From NCBI RefSeq assembly GCF_009914755.1, contig NC_060925.1: a stretch of 64,000 nucleotides of DNA; one strand, given 5' to 3'. The notes under the pieces are model-generated. The model made no database searches. It saw nothing but the letters and a program-made list of their open reading frames with translations, and was not told where the DNA came from. This DNA is from the human T2T-CHM13v2.0 reference genome, Homo sapiens. Both the position numbers and the translations under genes were made by a program. Below are positions 45,169-57,100 of this stretch, piece after piece; the stretch's first letter is position 1; each line of letters opens with the position of its first letter.

Positions 45169-48100
45169 TGGCTGGCTTGGCTGGCTGGCTGGCTTGGCTG
45201 GCTGTGAGGCTTGACTGGCTTGGCTGGATGCCTGGCTTGGCTGGCTGGCTGGCTTGGCTGGCTGCCTGGCTTGGCTGTCTGGGCTGGCTGGCTGGCTTGG
45301 CTGGCTTGGCTGGCCGGGTGACTTTGCTGGCTTGAATGGCTGAGTGGATTGGCTAGCTTGGCTGGCCGGCTGGCTTGGCAGGCTGGATGGCTTGGCTGGC
45401 TTGGCTGGCAGGCTGGATTGGCTGGCTTGGCTGGCTTGGCTGGCTGGGTGGCTTGGCTGGCTTGGCTGGGTCGGTGGCTTGGCTGGCTTGGCTGCCTGGC
45501 CGGCTTGGCTGCCTTGGCTGTCTGGCCGGCTTGGTTGGCTGGCAGGCCGGCCGGCTTGGCTGGCTGGCTGGTTGGCTGGCTTGGCTAGCTGACTGGCTTG
45601 GCTGGTTGGCTGGCTTGGCTGGCTTGGCTGGCTGGCTTGGATGGCCGGGTGGCTTCACTGGCTTGGCTAGCCGGCTGGCTTAGCTGGCTGGATGGCTTGG
45701 CTGGCATGCCTGTCTTGGCTGACTGGCTGGTTTTGCTGGCTTGGCTGCCTGGCTGGCTTGGCTGGCATGCCTGGCTTTGCTTGCTGGCTGGCTTGGCTGG
45801 CTTGGCTGGCTGGCTGGCTTGGCTGGCTGTGTGGCTTGACTGGCTTGGCTGGATGCCTGGCTTGGCTGGCTGGCTGGCTTGGCTGGCTGCCTGGCTTGGC
45901 TGTCTGGGCTGGCTGGCTGGCTTGGCTGGCTTGGCTGGCCGGGTGACTTTGCTGGCTTGAATGGCTGAGTGGATTGGCTAGCTTGGCTGGCCGGCTGGCT
46001 TGGCAGGCTGGATGGCTTGGCTGGCTTGGCTGGCAGGCTGGATTGGCTGGCTTGGCTGGCTTGGCTGGCTGGGTGGCTTGGCTGGCTTGGCTGGGTCGGT
46101 GGCTTGGCTGGCTTGGCTGCCTGGCCGGCTTGGCTGCCTTGGCTGTCTGGCCGGCTTGGTTGGCTGGCAGGCCGGCCGGCTTGGCTGGCTGGCTGGTTGG
46201 CTGGCTTGGCTAGCTGACTGGCTTGGCTGGTTGGCTGGCTTGGCTGGCTTGGCTGGCTGGCTTGGATGGCCGGGTGGCTTGTCTGGCTTGGCTAGCCGGC
46301 TGGCTTAGCTGGCTGGATGGCTTGGCTGGCATGCCTGTCTTGGCTGACTGGCTGGTTTTGCTGGCTTGGCTGCCTGGCTGGCTTGGCTGGCATGCCTGGC
46401 TTTGCTTGCTGGCTGGCTTGGCTGGCTTGGCTGCCTGGCTGGCTTGGCTGGCATGCCTGTCTTGGCTGGCTGGCGGGCTTGACTGGCTTGTCTGGCTTGG
46501 CTGCCTGGCTGGCTTGGCTGGCTTGGATCGCTGGCTGGCTGGCTGGCAGGCCTGGCTGGCTAGGTGGCTTGGCTGGCTTGGCTGGCTGGGTGGCTTGGCT
46601 GGCTTGGCTGGCTGGGAGGCTTGGCTGGCTTGGCTGGCTGGCTGGCTGGCTGGCTTGGCTGGCTTGGGTGGCTTGGCTGGCTTGGGTGGCTGGCTGCCTG
46701 GCTGGCTGATTGGCTTGGCTGGCTTGGCTGGCTGGGTGGCTTGGCTGGCTGGGTGGCTTGGCTGGTTTGGCTGGCTGGCTGGCTGGGTGGCTTGGCTAGC
46801 TGGCTGGCTTGGCTGGTTGGCTGGCTTGGCTGGCTGGCTTGGCTGGTGGCTGGCTTGGCTGGCTTGGCTAGTTGGCTGGCTTGGCTGACAGCTGGCTGGG
46901 TATCTTGGGTGGCTTGGCTGGCTGGGTGGCTTGGCTGGTTTGGCTGGCTGGCTTGGCTGGCTGGCTTGCTGGCTTGCTTGGCTGGCTTGGCTGGCTGGCT
47001 GGCTTGGCTGTCTGGGCTGGCTGGCTGGCTTGCATGGCTTGGCTGGCTGGGTGGCTGACCGGCCTGGCTGGCTGGGTGGCTGGCTGGCTTGGCTGGCTGG
47101 GTGGCAGGCTGGCCTGGCTTGCTGTGTGGCTGGCTGGCTTGGCTGGCTGGGTGGCTGGGTGGCCTGGCTGGCTGGGTGGCTGGCTGGCTTGGCTGGCTGG
47201 CTGGCCTGCTGGCTGGCTTGGCTGGCTTGGCTGGCTGGGCGGCTTGGCTGGGCGGCTTGGCTGGCTGGGTGGCTTGGCTGGCTTGGCTGGCTTGGCTGTC
47301 TGGGCTGGCTGGCTGGCTTGCATGGCTTGGCTGGCTGGGTGGCTGACCGGCCTGGCTGGCTGGGTGGCTGGCTGGCTTGGCTGGCTGGGTGGCAGGCTGG
47401 CCTGGTTTGCTGTGTGGCTGGGTGGCTTGGCTGGCTTGGTTGCCTGGCTGGCTTGGCTGCCTGGCTGGCTTGGCTGCCAGGCCTGGCTTGGCCGGCTTGG
47501 CTGGCATGCCTGGCTTGGCTGGCTGGCTGGCTGGCTTGGTTGGCTTGGCTGGCTTGGCTGCCTGGCTGGCTTGGCTGGCTTGGCTCACTGGCTGGGTGGC
47601 TGGCCTGGCTAGCTGGGCGGCTTGGCTGGCTTGGCTGGCTGGGCGGCTTGGCTGGGTGGCTTGGCTGGCTTGGCTGGCTTGGCTGTCTGGGCTGGCTGGC
47701 TGGCTTGGCTGGCTTGGCTGGACAGGTGACTTGGCTGGCTTGAGTGGCTGAGTGGATTGGCTAGCTTGGCTGGCCAGCTGGCTTGGCTGTCTTGGCTGGC
47801 TGGGTTGCCTGGATGGCTTGGCAGGCTGGCTGGCTTGGCTGGCTTGGCTGTCTTGGCTGGCTGGGTTGCCTGGATGGCTTGGCAGGCTGGCTGGCTTGGC
47901 TGGCTTGGCTGGCAGGCTGGTTTGGCAGGCTTGGCTGTCTTGGCTGGCTGGGTTGCCTGGATGGCTTGGCAGGCTGGCTGGCTTGGCTGGCTTGGCTGGC
48001 TGGCTGGCTTGGCTGGTTGGCTGGCTTGGCTGCCTTGGGTGGCTATCAGGCTTGGCTGGCTTGGCTGGCTGTCTGTCTTGGCTGGCTTGGCTGGCTGGCA

Positions 48101-51100
48101 GGCTTGGCTGGCTTGGCTCGCTGGCTGGCTGGCTGGCGGGCCTTTCTTGCTGGGTGGCTTGGCTGGCCTGACTGGCTCTGTGGCTTGGCTGGCTTGGCTG
48201 GCTGTGTGGCTTGGCTGGCTTGGCTGGCTGGGAGGCTTGGCTGGCTGGCTGACTGGCTTGGCTGGCTTGGCTGGCTGGGAGGCTTGGCTGGCTGGCTGCT
48301 TGGCTGGCTGACTGGCTTGGCTGGCTTGGCTGGTTGGGTGGCTTGGCTGGTTTGGCTGGCTGGCTGGCTGGGTGGCTTGGCTAGCTGGCTGGCTTGGCTG
48401 GCTTGGTTGGCTGGCTCTCTTGTTTGGTTGGCTGTCTTGGCTGCCTTGGCTGGCTGGCTGACTTGGCTGTGTGGGCTGGCTGGGTGGCTGGCTGGCCTGG
48501 CTGGCTGGGTGGCTAGCTGGCTTGGCTGGCTTGTCTGGCTTGGCTGGCTGGGTGGCAGGCTGGCCTGGCTGGCTGGATGGCTGGCTGGCTTGGCTGGCTG
48601 GGTGGCTGGCTGGCCTGGCCGGCTGGGTGGCTGGGTGGCTTGGCTGTCTGGCTGGCTTGCTGGCTGGCTTGGCTGGCTGGGTGGCTTGGCTGGCTTGGCT
48701 GGCTGGGTGGCTTGGCTGGCTTGGCTGTCTGGGCTGGCTGGCTGGCTTGGCTGGCTTGGCTGGCCGGGTGACTTGGCTGGCTTGAGTGGGTGAGTGGATT
48801 GGCTAGCTTGGCTGGCCGGCTGGCTTGGCAGGCTGGATGGCTTGGCTGGCTTGGCTGGCAGGCTGGTTTGGCTGGCGTGGCTGTCTTGGCTGGCTGGGTG
48901 GCTTGGCTGGGTCGGTGGCTTGGCTGGCTTGGCTGCCTGGCCGGCTTGGCTGCCTTGGCTGTCTGGCCGGCTTGGTTGGCTGGCAGGCCGGCCGGCTTGG
49001 CTGGCTGGCTGGTTGGCTGGCTTGGCTAGCTGACTGGCTTGGCTGGTTGGCTGGCTTGGCTGTCTTGGCTGGCTGGCTTGGCTAGCCGTGTGGCTTGGCT
49101 GGCTTGGGTAGCCGGCTGGCTTCGCTGACTGGATGGCTTGGCTGGCATGCCTGGCTTGGCTGGCTGGCTGGCTGGCTTGGCTCACTGGCTGGGTGGCTGG
49201 CCTGGCTAGTTGGGCGGCTTGGCTGGCTTGGCTGGCTGGGCAGCTTGGCTGGGTAGCTTGGCTGGCTTGGCTGGCTGGGTGGCTTGGCTGGCTTGGCTGG
49301 CTGGGAGGCTTGGCTGGCTTGGCCGGCTGGCTGGCCGGGTGGCTTGGCCAGCTTGGCTGGCCGAGTGGATTGGCTAGCTTCGCTGGCCGGCTGGCTTGGC
49401 AGGATGGATGGCTTGGCTGGCTTGGCTGCCTTGGCTGGCTGGGTGGCTTGGCTGGCTTGGCTGCCTGGCTGGTTTGGCTGGCATGCCTGGCTTTGCTTGC
49501 TGGCTGGCTTGGCTGGCTTGGCTGCCTGGCTGGCTTGGCTGGCATGCCTGTCTTGGCTGGCTGGCGGGCTTGACTGTCTTGGCTGGCTTGGCTGCCTGGC
49601 TGGCTTGGCTGGCTTGGCTCGCTGGCTGGCTGGCTGGCAGGCCTGGCTGGCTAGGTGTCTTGGCTGGCTTGGCTGGCTGGGTGGCTTGGCTGGCTTGGCT
49701 GGCTGGGAGGCTTGGCTGGCTTGGCTGGCTGGCTGGCTGGCTTGGCTGGCTTGGGTGGCTGGCTGCCTGGCTGGCTGATTGGCTTGGCTGGCTTGGCTGG
49801 CTGGGTGGCTTGGCTCGCTGGGTGGCATGGCTGGTTTGGCTGGCTTTCTGGCTGGGTGGCTTGGCTAGCTGGCTGGCTTGGCTGGTTGGCTGGCTTGGCT
49901 GGCTTGGCTGGCTGGCTTGGCTGGTGGCTGGCTTGGCTGGCTTGGCTAGTTGGCTGGCTTGGCTGACTGGCTGGCTGGGTATCTTGGGTGGCTTGGCTGG
50001 CTGGGTGGCTTGGCTGGTTTGGCTGGCTTGGCTGGCTGGCTTGCTGGCTTGCTTGGCTGGCTTGGCTGGCTGGCTAGCTTGGCTGTCTGGGCTGGCTGGC
50101 TGGCTTGCATGGCTTGGCTGGCTGGGTGGCTGACCGGCCTGGCTGGCTGGGTGGCTGGCTGGCTTGGCTGGCTGGGTGGCAGGCTGGCCTGGCTTGCTGT
50201 GTGGCTGGCTGGCTTGGCTGGCTGGGTGGCTGGCTGGCCTGGCTGGCTGGGTGGCTGGCTGGCTTGGCTGGCTGGCTGGGCTGCTGGCTGGCTTGGCTGG
50301 CTTGGCTGGCTGGGTGGCTTGGCTGGCTTGGTTGCCTGGCTGGCTTGGCTGCCTGGCTGGCTTGGCTGTCAGGCCTGGCTTTGCTGGCTTGGCTGGCATG
50401 CCTGGCTTGGCTGGCTGGCTGGCTGGCTTGGCTGGCTTGGCTGGCTTGGCTGCCTGGCTGGCTTGGCTGGCTTGGCTCACTGGCTGGGTGGCTGGCCTGG
50501 CTAGCTGGGCGGCTTGGCTGGCTTGGCTGGCTGGGCGGCTTGGCTGGGCAGCTTGGCTGGCTTGGCTGGCTGGGTGGCTTGGCTGGCTTGGCTGGCTTGG
50601 CTGTCTGGGCTGGCTGGCTGGCTTGGCTGGCTTTGCTGGCCGGGTGACTTGGCTGGCTTGAGTGGCTGAGTGGATTGGCTAGCTTGGCTGGCCAGCTGGC
50701 TTGGCTGTCTTGGCTGGCTGGGTTGCCTGGATGGCTTGGCAGGCTGGCTGGCTTGGCTGGCTTGGCTGGCAGGCTGGTTTGGCAGGCTTGGCTGTCTGGG
50801 CTGGCTGGGTGGCTGGCTGGCCTGGCTGGCTGGGTGGCTAGCTGGCTTGGCTGGCTTGTCTGGCTTGGCTGGCTGGGTGGCAGGCTGGCCTGGCTGGCTG
50901 GATGGCTGGCTGGCTTGGCTGGCTGGGTGGCTGGCTGGCCTGGCTCTCTGGGTGGCTGGCTGGCTTGGCTGTCTGGCTGGCTTGCTGGCTGGCTTGGCTG
51001 GCTGGGTGGCTTGGCTGGCTTGGCTGGCTGGGTGGCTTGGCTGGCTTCGCTGGCTGGCTGGTTTGGCTGGCGCGGCTGTCTTGGTTGTCTGGGTGGCTTG

Positions 51101-54100
51101 GCTGGCGTGGCTGTCTTGGCTGGCTGGGTGGCTTGGCTGGGTCGGTGGCTTGGCTGGCTTGGCTGCCTGGCCGGCTTGGCTGCCTTGGCTGTCTGGCCGG
51201 CTTGGTTGGCTGGCAGGCCGGCCGGCTTGGCTGGCTGGCTGGTTGGCTGGCTTGGCTAGCTGACTGGCTTGGCTGGTTGGCTGGCTTGGCTGTCTTGGCT
51301 GGCTGGCTTGGCTGGTTGGCTGGCTTGGCTGTCTTGGCTGGCTGGCTTGGCAGGCCGTGTGGCTTGGCTGGCTTGGCTAGCCAGCTGGCTTCGCTGACTG
51401 GATGGCTTGGCTGGCATGCCTGGCTTGGCTGGCTGGCTGGCTGGCTTGGCCCACTGGCTGGGTGTCTGGCCTGGCTAGTTGGGCGGCTTGGCTGGCTTGG
51501 CTGGCTGGGCGGCTTGGCTGGGCAGCTTGGCTGGCTTGGCTGGCTGGGTGGCTTGGCTGGCTTGGCTGGCTGGGAGGCTTGGCTGGCTTGGCTGTCTTGG
51601 CTGTCTTGGCTGGCTGGCTGGCTTGGCTGGCCGGGTGACTTGGCTGGCTTGAGTGGCTGAGTGGATTGGCTAGCTTGGCTGGCCGGCTGGCTTGGCAGGC
51701 TGGATGGCTTGGCTGGCTTGGCTGGCAGGCTGGTTTGGCTGGCTTGGCTGGCTTGGCTGGCTGGGTGGCTTGGCTGGCTTGGCTGGGTCGATGGCTTGGT
51801 TGGCTTGGCTGCCTGGCTGGCTTGGCTGCCTTGGCTGTCTGGCCGGATTGGTTGGCTGGCAGGCTGGCCGGCTTGACTGGCTGGCTGGTTGGCTGGCTTG
51901 GCTAGCTGACTGTCTTGGCTGGTTGGCTGGCTTGGCTGGGTTGGCTGGCTGGCTTGGCTGGCCGGGTGGCTTGGCTGGCTTGGCTAGCTGACTGGCTTGA
52001 CTGGTTGGCTGGCTTGGCTGGCTTGGCTGGCTGGCTTGGCTGGCCGGGTGGCTTGGCTGGCTTGGCTAGCCGGCTGGCTTAGCTGGCTGGATGGCTTGGC
52101 TGGCATGCCTGGCTTGGCTGGCTGGCTGGCTTGGCTGGCTTGGCTGCCTGGCTGGCTTGGCTGGCATGGCTGGCTTTGCTGGCATGCCTGGCTTTGCTTG
52201 CTGGCTGACTTGGCTGCCTGGCTGGCTTGGCTGGCATGCCTGTCTTGGCTGGCTGGAGGTCTTGGCTGGCTTGGCTGGCTTGGCTGCCTGGCTGGCTTAG
52301 CTGGGTTGGCTCGCTGGCTGGCTGGCTGGTGGGCCTGGCTGGCTGGGTGGTTTGGGTGGCTTGGCTGGCTGTGTGGCTTGGCTGGCTTGGCTGGCTGGGA
52401 GGCTTGGCTGGCTTGGCTGGCTGGCTGGCTGGGTGGCTTGGCTAGCTGGTGGCTTGGCTGTCTTGGCTCGCTGGCTCTCTTGGTTGGTTGGCTGGCTTGG
52501 CTGCTTTGGCTGGCTGGCTGACTTGGCTGTCTGGGTTGGCTGGGTTGCTGGCTGGCCTGGCTGGCTGGGTGGCTGAGTGGCTTGGCTGGCTTGGCCGGCT
52601 GGCTTGGCTGGTTGGTCGGCTTGGCTGGCTTGGGTGGCTATCAGCCTTGGCTGGCTTTGCTGGCTGTCTGTCTGTCTTGGCTGGCTTGGATGGCTGGCAG
52701 GCCTGGCTGGCTTGGCTGGCTGGCTGGCCAGGTGGCTTGGCTGGTTTGGCTGCCCAGGTGGCTGGGCTGGCTTGGCTGGCCGTGTGGCTTGGCCGGCTTG
52801 GCTGGCCGAGTGGATTGGCTAGCTTCGCTGGCCGGCTGGCTTGGCAGGATGGATGGCTTGCCTGGCTTGGCTGCCTTGGCTGGCTGGGTGGCTTGGCTGG
52901 CTTGGCTGCCTGGCTGGCTTGGCTGGCTTGGCTCGCTGGCTGGCTGGCTGGCAGGCCTGGCTGGCTAGGTGTCTTGGCTGGCTTGGCTGGCTGGGAGGCT
53001 TGGCTGGCTTGGGTGGCTTGGCTGGCTTGGGTGGCTGGCTGCCTGGCTGGCTGATTGGCTTGGCTGGCTTGGCTGGCTGGGTGGCTTGGCTGGCTGGGTG
53101 GCTTGGCTGGTTTGGCTGGCTGGCTGGCTGGGTGGCTTGGCTAGCTGACTGGCTTGGCTGGTTGGCTGGCTTGGCTGGCTTGGCTGGCTGGCTTGGCTGG
53201 CCGGGTGGCTTGGCTGGCTTGGCTAGCCGGCTGGCTTCGCTGACTGGATGGCTTGGCTGGCATGCCTGGCTTGGCTGACTGGCTGGTTTTGCTGGCTTGG
53301 CTGCCTGGCTGGCTTGGCTGGCATGCCTGGCTTTGCTTGCTGGCTGGCTTGGCTGGCTTGGCTGCCTGGCTGGCTTGGCTGGTATCCCTGTCTTGGCTGG
53401 CTGGCGGGCCTGGCTGGCTTGGCTGGCTGGCGGGCCTGGCTGGCTTGGCTGGCTTGGCTGCCTGGCTGGCTTGGCTGGCATGCCTGTCTTGGCTGGCTGG
53501 AGGGCCTGGCTGGCTTGGCTGGCTTGGCTGCCTGGCTGGCTTGGCTGGCATGCCTGTCTTGGCTGGCTGGCGGGCTTGACTGGCTTGGCTGGCTTGGCTG
53601 CCTGGCTGGCTTGGCTGGCTTGGCTCGCTGGCTGGCTGGCTGGCAGGCCTGGCTGGCTAGGTGTCTTGGCTGGCTTGGCTGGCTGGGTGGCTTGGCTGGC
53701 TTGGCTGGGTGGGAGGCTTGGCTGGCTTGGCTGGCTGGCTGGCTTGCCTGGTGGCTGCCTTGGCTGGCTTGGCTAGTTGGCTGGCTTGGCTGACTGGCTG
53801 GCTGGGTATCTTGGGTGGCTTGGCTGGCTGGGTGGCTTCGCTGGTTTGGCTGGCTGGCTTGGCTGGCTGGCTTGCTGGCTTGCTTGGCTGGCTTGGCTGG
53901 CTGGCTGGCTTGGCTGTCTGGGCCGGCTGGCTGGCTTGCATGGCTTGGCTGGCTGGGTGGCTGTCCGGCCTGGCTGGCTGGGTGGCTGGCTGGCTTGGCT
54001 GGCTGGGTGGCAGGCTGGCCTGGCTTGCTGTGTGGCTGGCTGGCTTGGCTGGCTGGGTGGCTGGCTGGCCTGGCTGGCTGGGTGGCTGGCTGGCTTGGCT

Positions 54101-57100
54101 GGCTGGCTGGCCTGCTGGCTGGCTTGGCTGGCTTGGTTGGCTGGGTGGCTTGGCTGGCTTGGTTGCCTGGCTGGCTTGGCTGCCTGGCTGGCTTGGCTGT
54201 CAGGCCTGGCTTTGCTGGCTTGGTTGGCATGCCTGGCTTGGCTGGCTGGCTGGCTTGGCTGGCTTGGCTGGCTTGGCTGCCTGGCTGGCTTGGCTGGCTT
54301 GGCTCACTGGCTGGGTGGCTGGCCTGGCTAGCTGGGCAGCTTGGCTGGCTTGGCTGGCTGGGCGGCTTGGCTGGGAAGCTTGGCTGGCTTGGCTGGCTTG
54401 GCTGGCTTGGCTTTCTGGGCTGGCTGGCTGGCTTGGCTGGCTTGGCTGGCCAGGTGACTTGGCTGGCTTGAGTGGCTGAGTGGATTGGCTAGCTTGGCTG
54501 GCCAGCTGGCTTGGCTGTCTTGGCTGGCTGGGTTGCCTGGATGGCTTGGCAGGCTGGCTGGCTTCTCTGGCTTGGCTGGCTGGCTGGCTTGGCTGGTTGG
54601 CTGGCTTGGCTGCCTTGGATGGCTATCAGGCTTGGCTGGCTTGGCTGGCTGTCTGTCTTGGCTGGCTTGGCTGGCTGGCAGGCTTGGCTGGCTTGGCTCG
54701 CTTGCTGGCTGGCTGGCGGGCCTTTCTGGCTGGGTGGCTTGGCTGGCCTGGCTGGCTCTGTGGCTTGGCTGGCTTGGCTGGCTGGGTGGCTTGGCTGGCT
54801 TGGCTGGCTGGGAGGCTTGACTGGCTGGCTGCTTGGCTGGCTGACTGGTTTGGCTGGCTTGGCTGGCTGGGTGGCTTTGCTGGCTTGGCTGTCTGGTCTG
54901 GCTGGCTGGCTTGGCTGGCTTGGCTGGCTTGGCTGGCCAGGTGACTTGGCTGGCTTGAGTGGCTGAGTGGATTGGCTAGCTTGGCTGGCCGGCTGGCTTG
55001 GCTGTCTTGGCTGGCTGGGTTGCCTGGATGGCTTGGCAGGCTGGCTGGCTTGGCTGGCTTGGCTGGCAGGCTGGTTTGGCAGGCTTGGCTGTCTGGGCTG
55101 GCTGGGTGGCTGGCTGGCCTGGCTGGCTGGGTGGCTAGCTGGCTTGGCTGGCTTGTCTGGCTTGGCTGGCTGGGTGGCCGGCTGGCCTGGCTGGCTGGAT
55201 GGCTGGCTGGCTTGGCTGGCTGGGTGGTTTGGCTGGCGTGGCTGTCTTGGCTGGCTGGGTGGCTTGGCTGGGTCGGTGGCTTGGCTGGCTTGGCTGCCTG
55301 GCCGGCTTGGCTGCCTTGGCTGTCTGGCCGGCTTGGTTGGCTGGCAGGCCGGCCGGCTTGGCTGGCTGGCTGGTTGGCTGGCTTGGCTAGCTGACTGGCT
55401 TGGCTGGTTGGCTGGCTTGGCTGTCTTGGCTGGCTGGCTTGGCTGCCTGGCTGGTTTGGCTGGCATGCCTGGCTTTGCTTGCTGGCTGGCTTGGCTGGCT
55501 TGGCTGGCATGCCTGTCTTGGCTGGCTGGCGGGCCTGGCTGGATTGGCTGGCTTGGCTGCCTGGCTGGCTTGGCTGGCATGCCTGTCTTGGCTGGCTGGC
55601 GGGCTTGACTGGCTTGGCTGGCTTGGCTGCCTGGCTGGCTTGGCTGGCTTGGCTCCCTGGCTGGCTGGCTTGGCTGGCTTGGGTGGCTGGCTGCCTGGCT
55701 GGCTGATTATCTTGGCTGGCTCGGCTGGCTGGGTGGCTTGGCTCGCTGGGTGGCATGGCTGGTTTGGCTGGCTTTCTGGCTGGGTGGCTTGGCTAGCTGG
55801 CTGGCTTGGCTGGTTGGCTGGCTTGGCTGGCTTGGCTGGCTGGCTTGGCTGGTGGCTGGCTTGGCTGTCTTGGCTAGTTGGCTGGCTTGGCTGACTGGCT
55901 GGCTGGGTATCTTGGGTGGCTTGGCTGGCTGGGTGGCTTCGCTGGTTTGGCTGGCTGGCTTGGCTGGCTGGCTTGCTGGCTTGCTTGGCTGGCTTGGCTG
56001 GCTGGCTGGCTTGGCTGTCTGGGCTGGCTGGGTGGCTGACCGGCCTGGCTGGCTGGGTGGCTGGCTGGCCTGGCTGGCTGGGTGGCAGGCTGGCCTGGCT
56101 TGCTGTGTGGCTGGCTGGCCTGGCTGGCTGGGTGGCTGGCTGGCCTGGCTGGCTGGGTGGCTGGCTGGCTTGGCTGGCTGGCAGGCCTGCTGGCTGGCTT
56201 GGCTGGCTTGGCTGGCTGGGTGGCTTGGCTGGCTTGGTTGCCTGGCTGGCTTGGCTGCCTGGCTGGCTTGGCTGTCAGGCCTGGCTTTGCTGGCTTGGCT
56301 GGCATGCCTGGCTTGGCTGGCTGGCTGGCTTGGCTGGCTTGGCTGGCTTGGCTGCCTGGCTGGCTTGGCTGGCTTGGCTCACTGGCTGGGTGGCTGGACT
56401 GGCTAGCTGGGCGGCTTGGCTGGCTTGGCTGGCTGGGCGGCTTGGCTGGGCGGCTTGGCTGGCTTGACTGGCTGGGTGGCTTGGCTGGCTTGGCTGGCTT
56501 GGCTGTCTGGGCTGGCTGGCTGGCTTGGCTGGCTTGGCTGGCCGGGTGACTTGGCTGGCTTGAGTGGCTGAGTGGATTGGCTAGCTTGGCTGGCCAGCTG
56601 GCTTGGCTGTCTTGGCTGGCTGGGTTGCCTGGATGGCTTGGCAGGCTGGCTGGCTTGGCTGGCTTGGCTGGCAGGCTGGTTTGGCAGGCTTGGCTGTGTT
56701 GGCTGGCTGGGTTGCCTGGATGGCCTGGCTGTCTGGGTGGCTGGCTGGCTTGGCTGTCTGGCTGGCTTGCTGGCTGGCTTGGCTGGCTGGGTGGCTTGGC
56801 TGGCTTGGCTGGCTGGGTGGCTTGGCTGGCTTGGCTGGCTTGGCTGGCTGGGCTGGCTGGCTGGCTTGGCTGGCTTGGCTGGCCGGGTGACTTGGCTGGC
56901 TTGAGTGGGTGAGTGGATTGGCTAGCTTGGCTGGCCGGCTGGCTTGGCAGGCTGGATGGCTTGGCTGGCTTGGCTGGCAGGCTGGTTTGGCTGGCGTGGC
57001 TGTCTTGGCTGGCTGGGTGGCTTGGCTGGGTCGGTGGCTTGGCTGGCTTGGCTGCCTGGCCGGCTTGGCTGCCTTGGCTGCCTGGCCGGCTTGGTTGGCT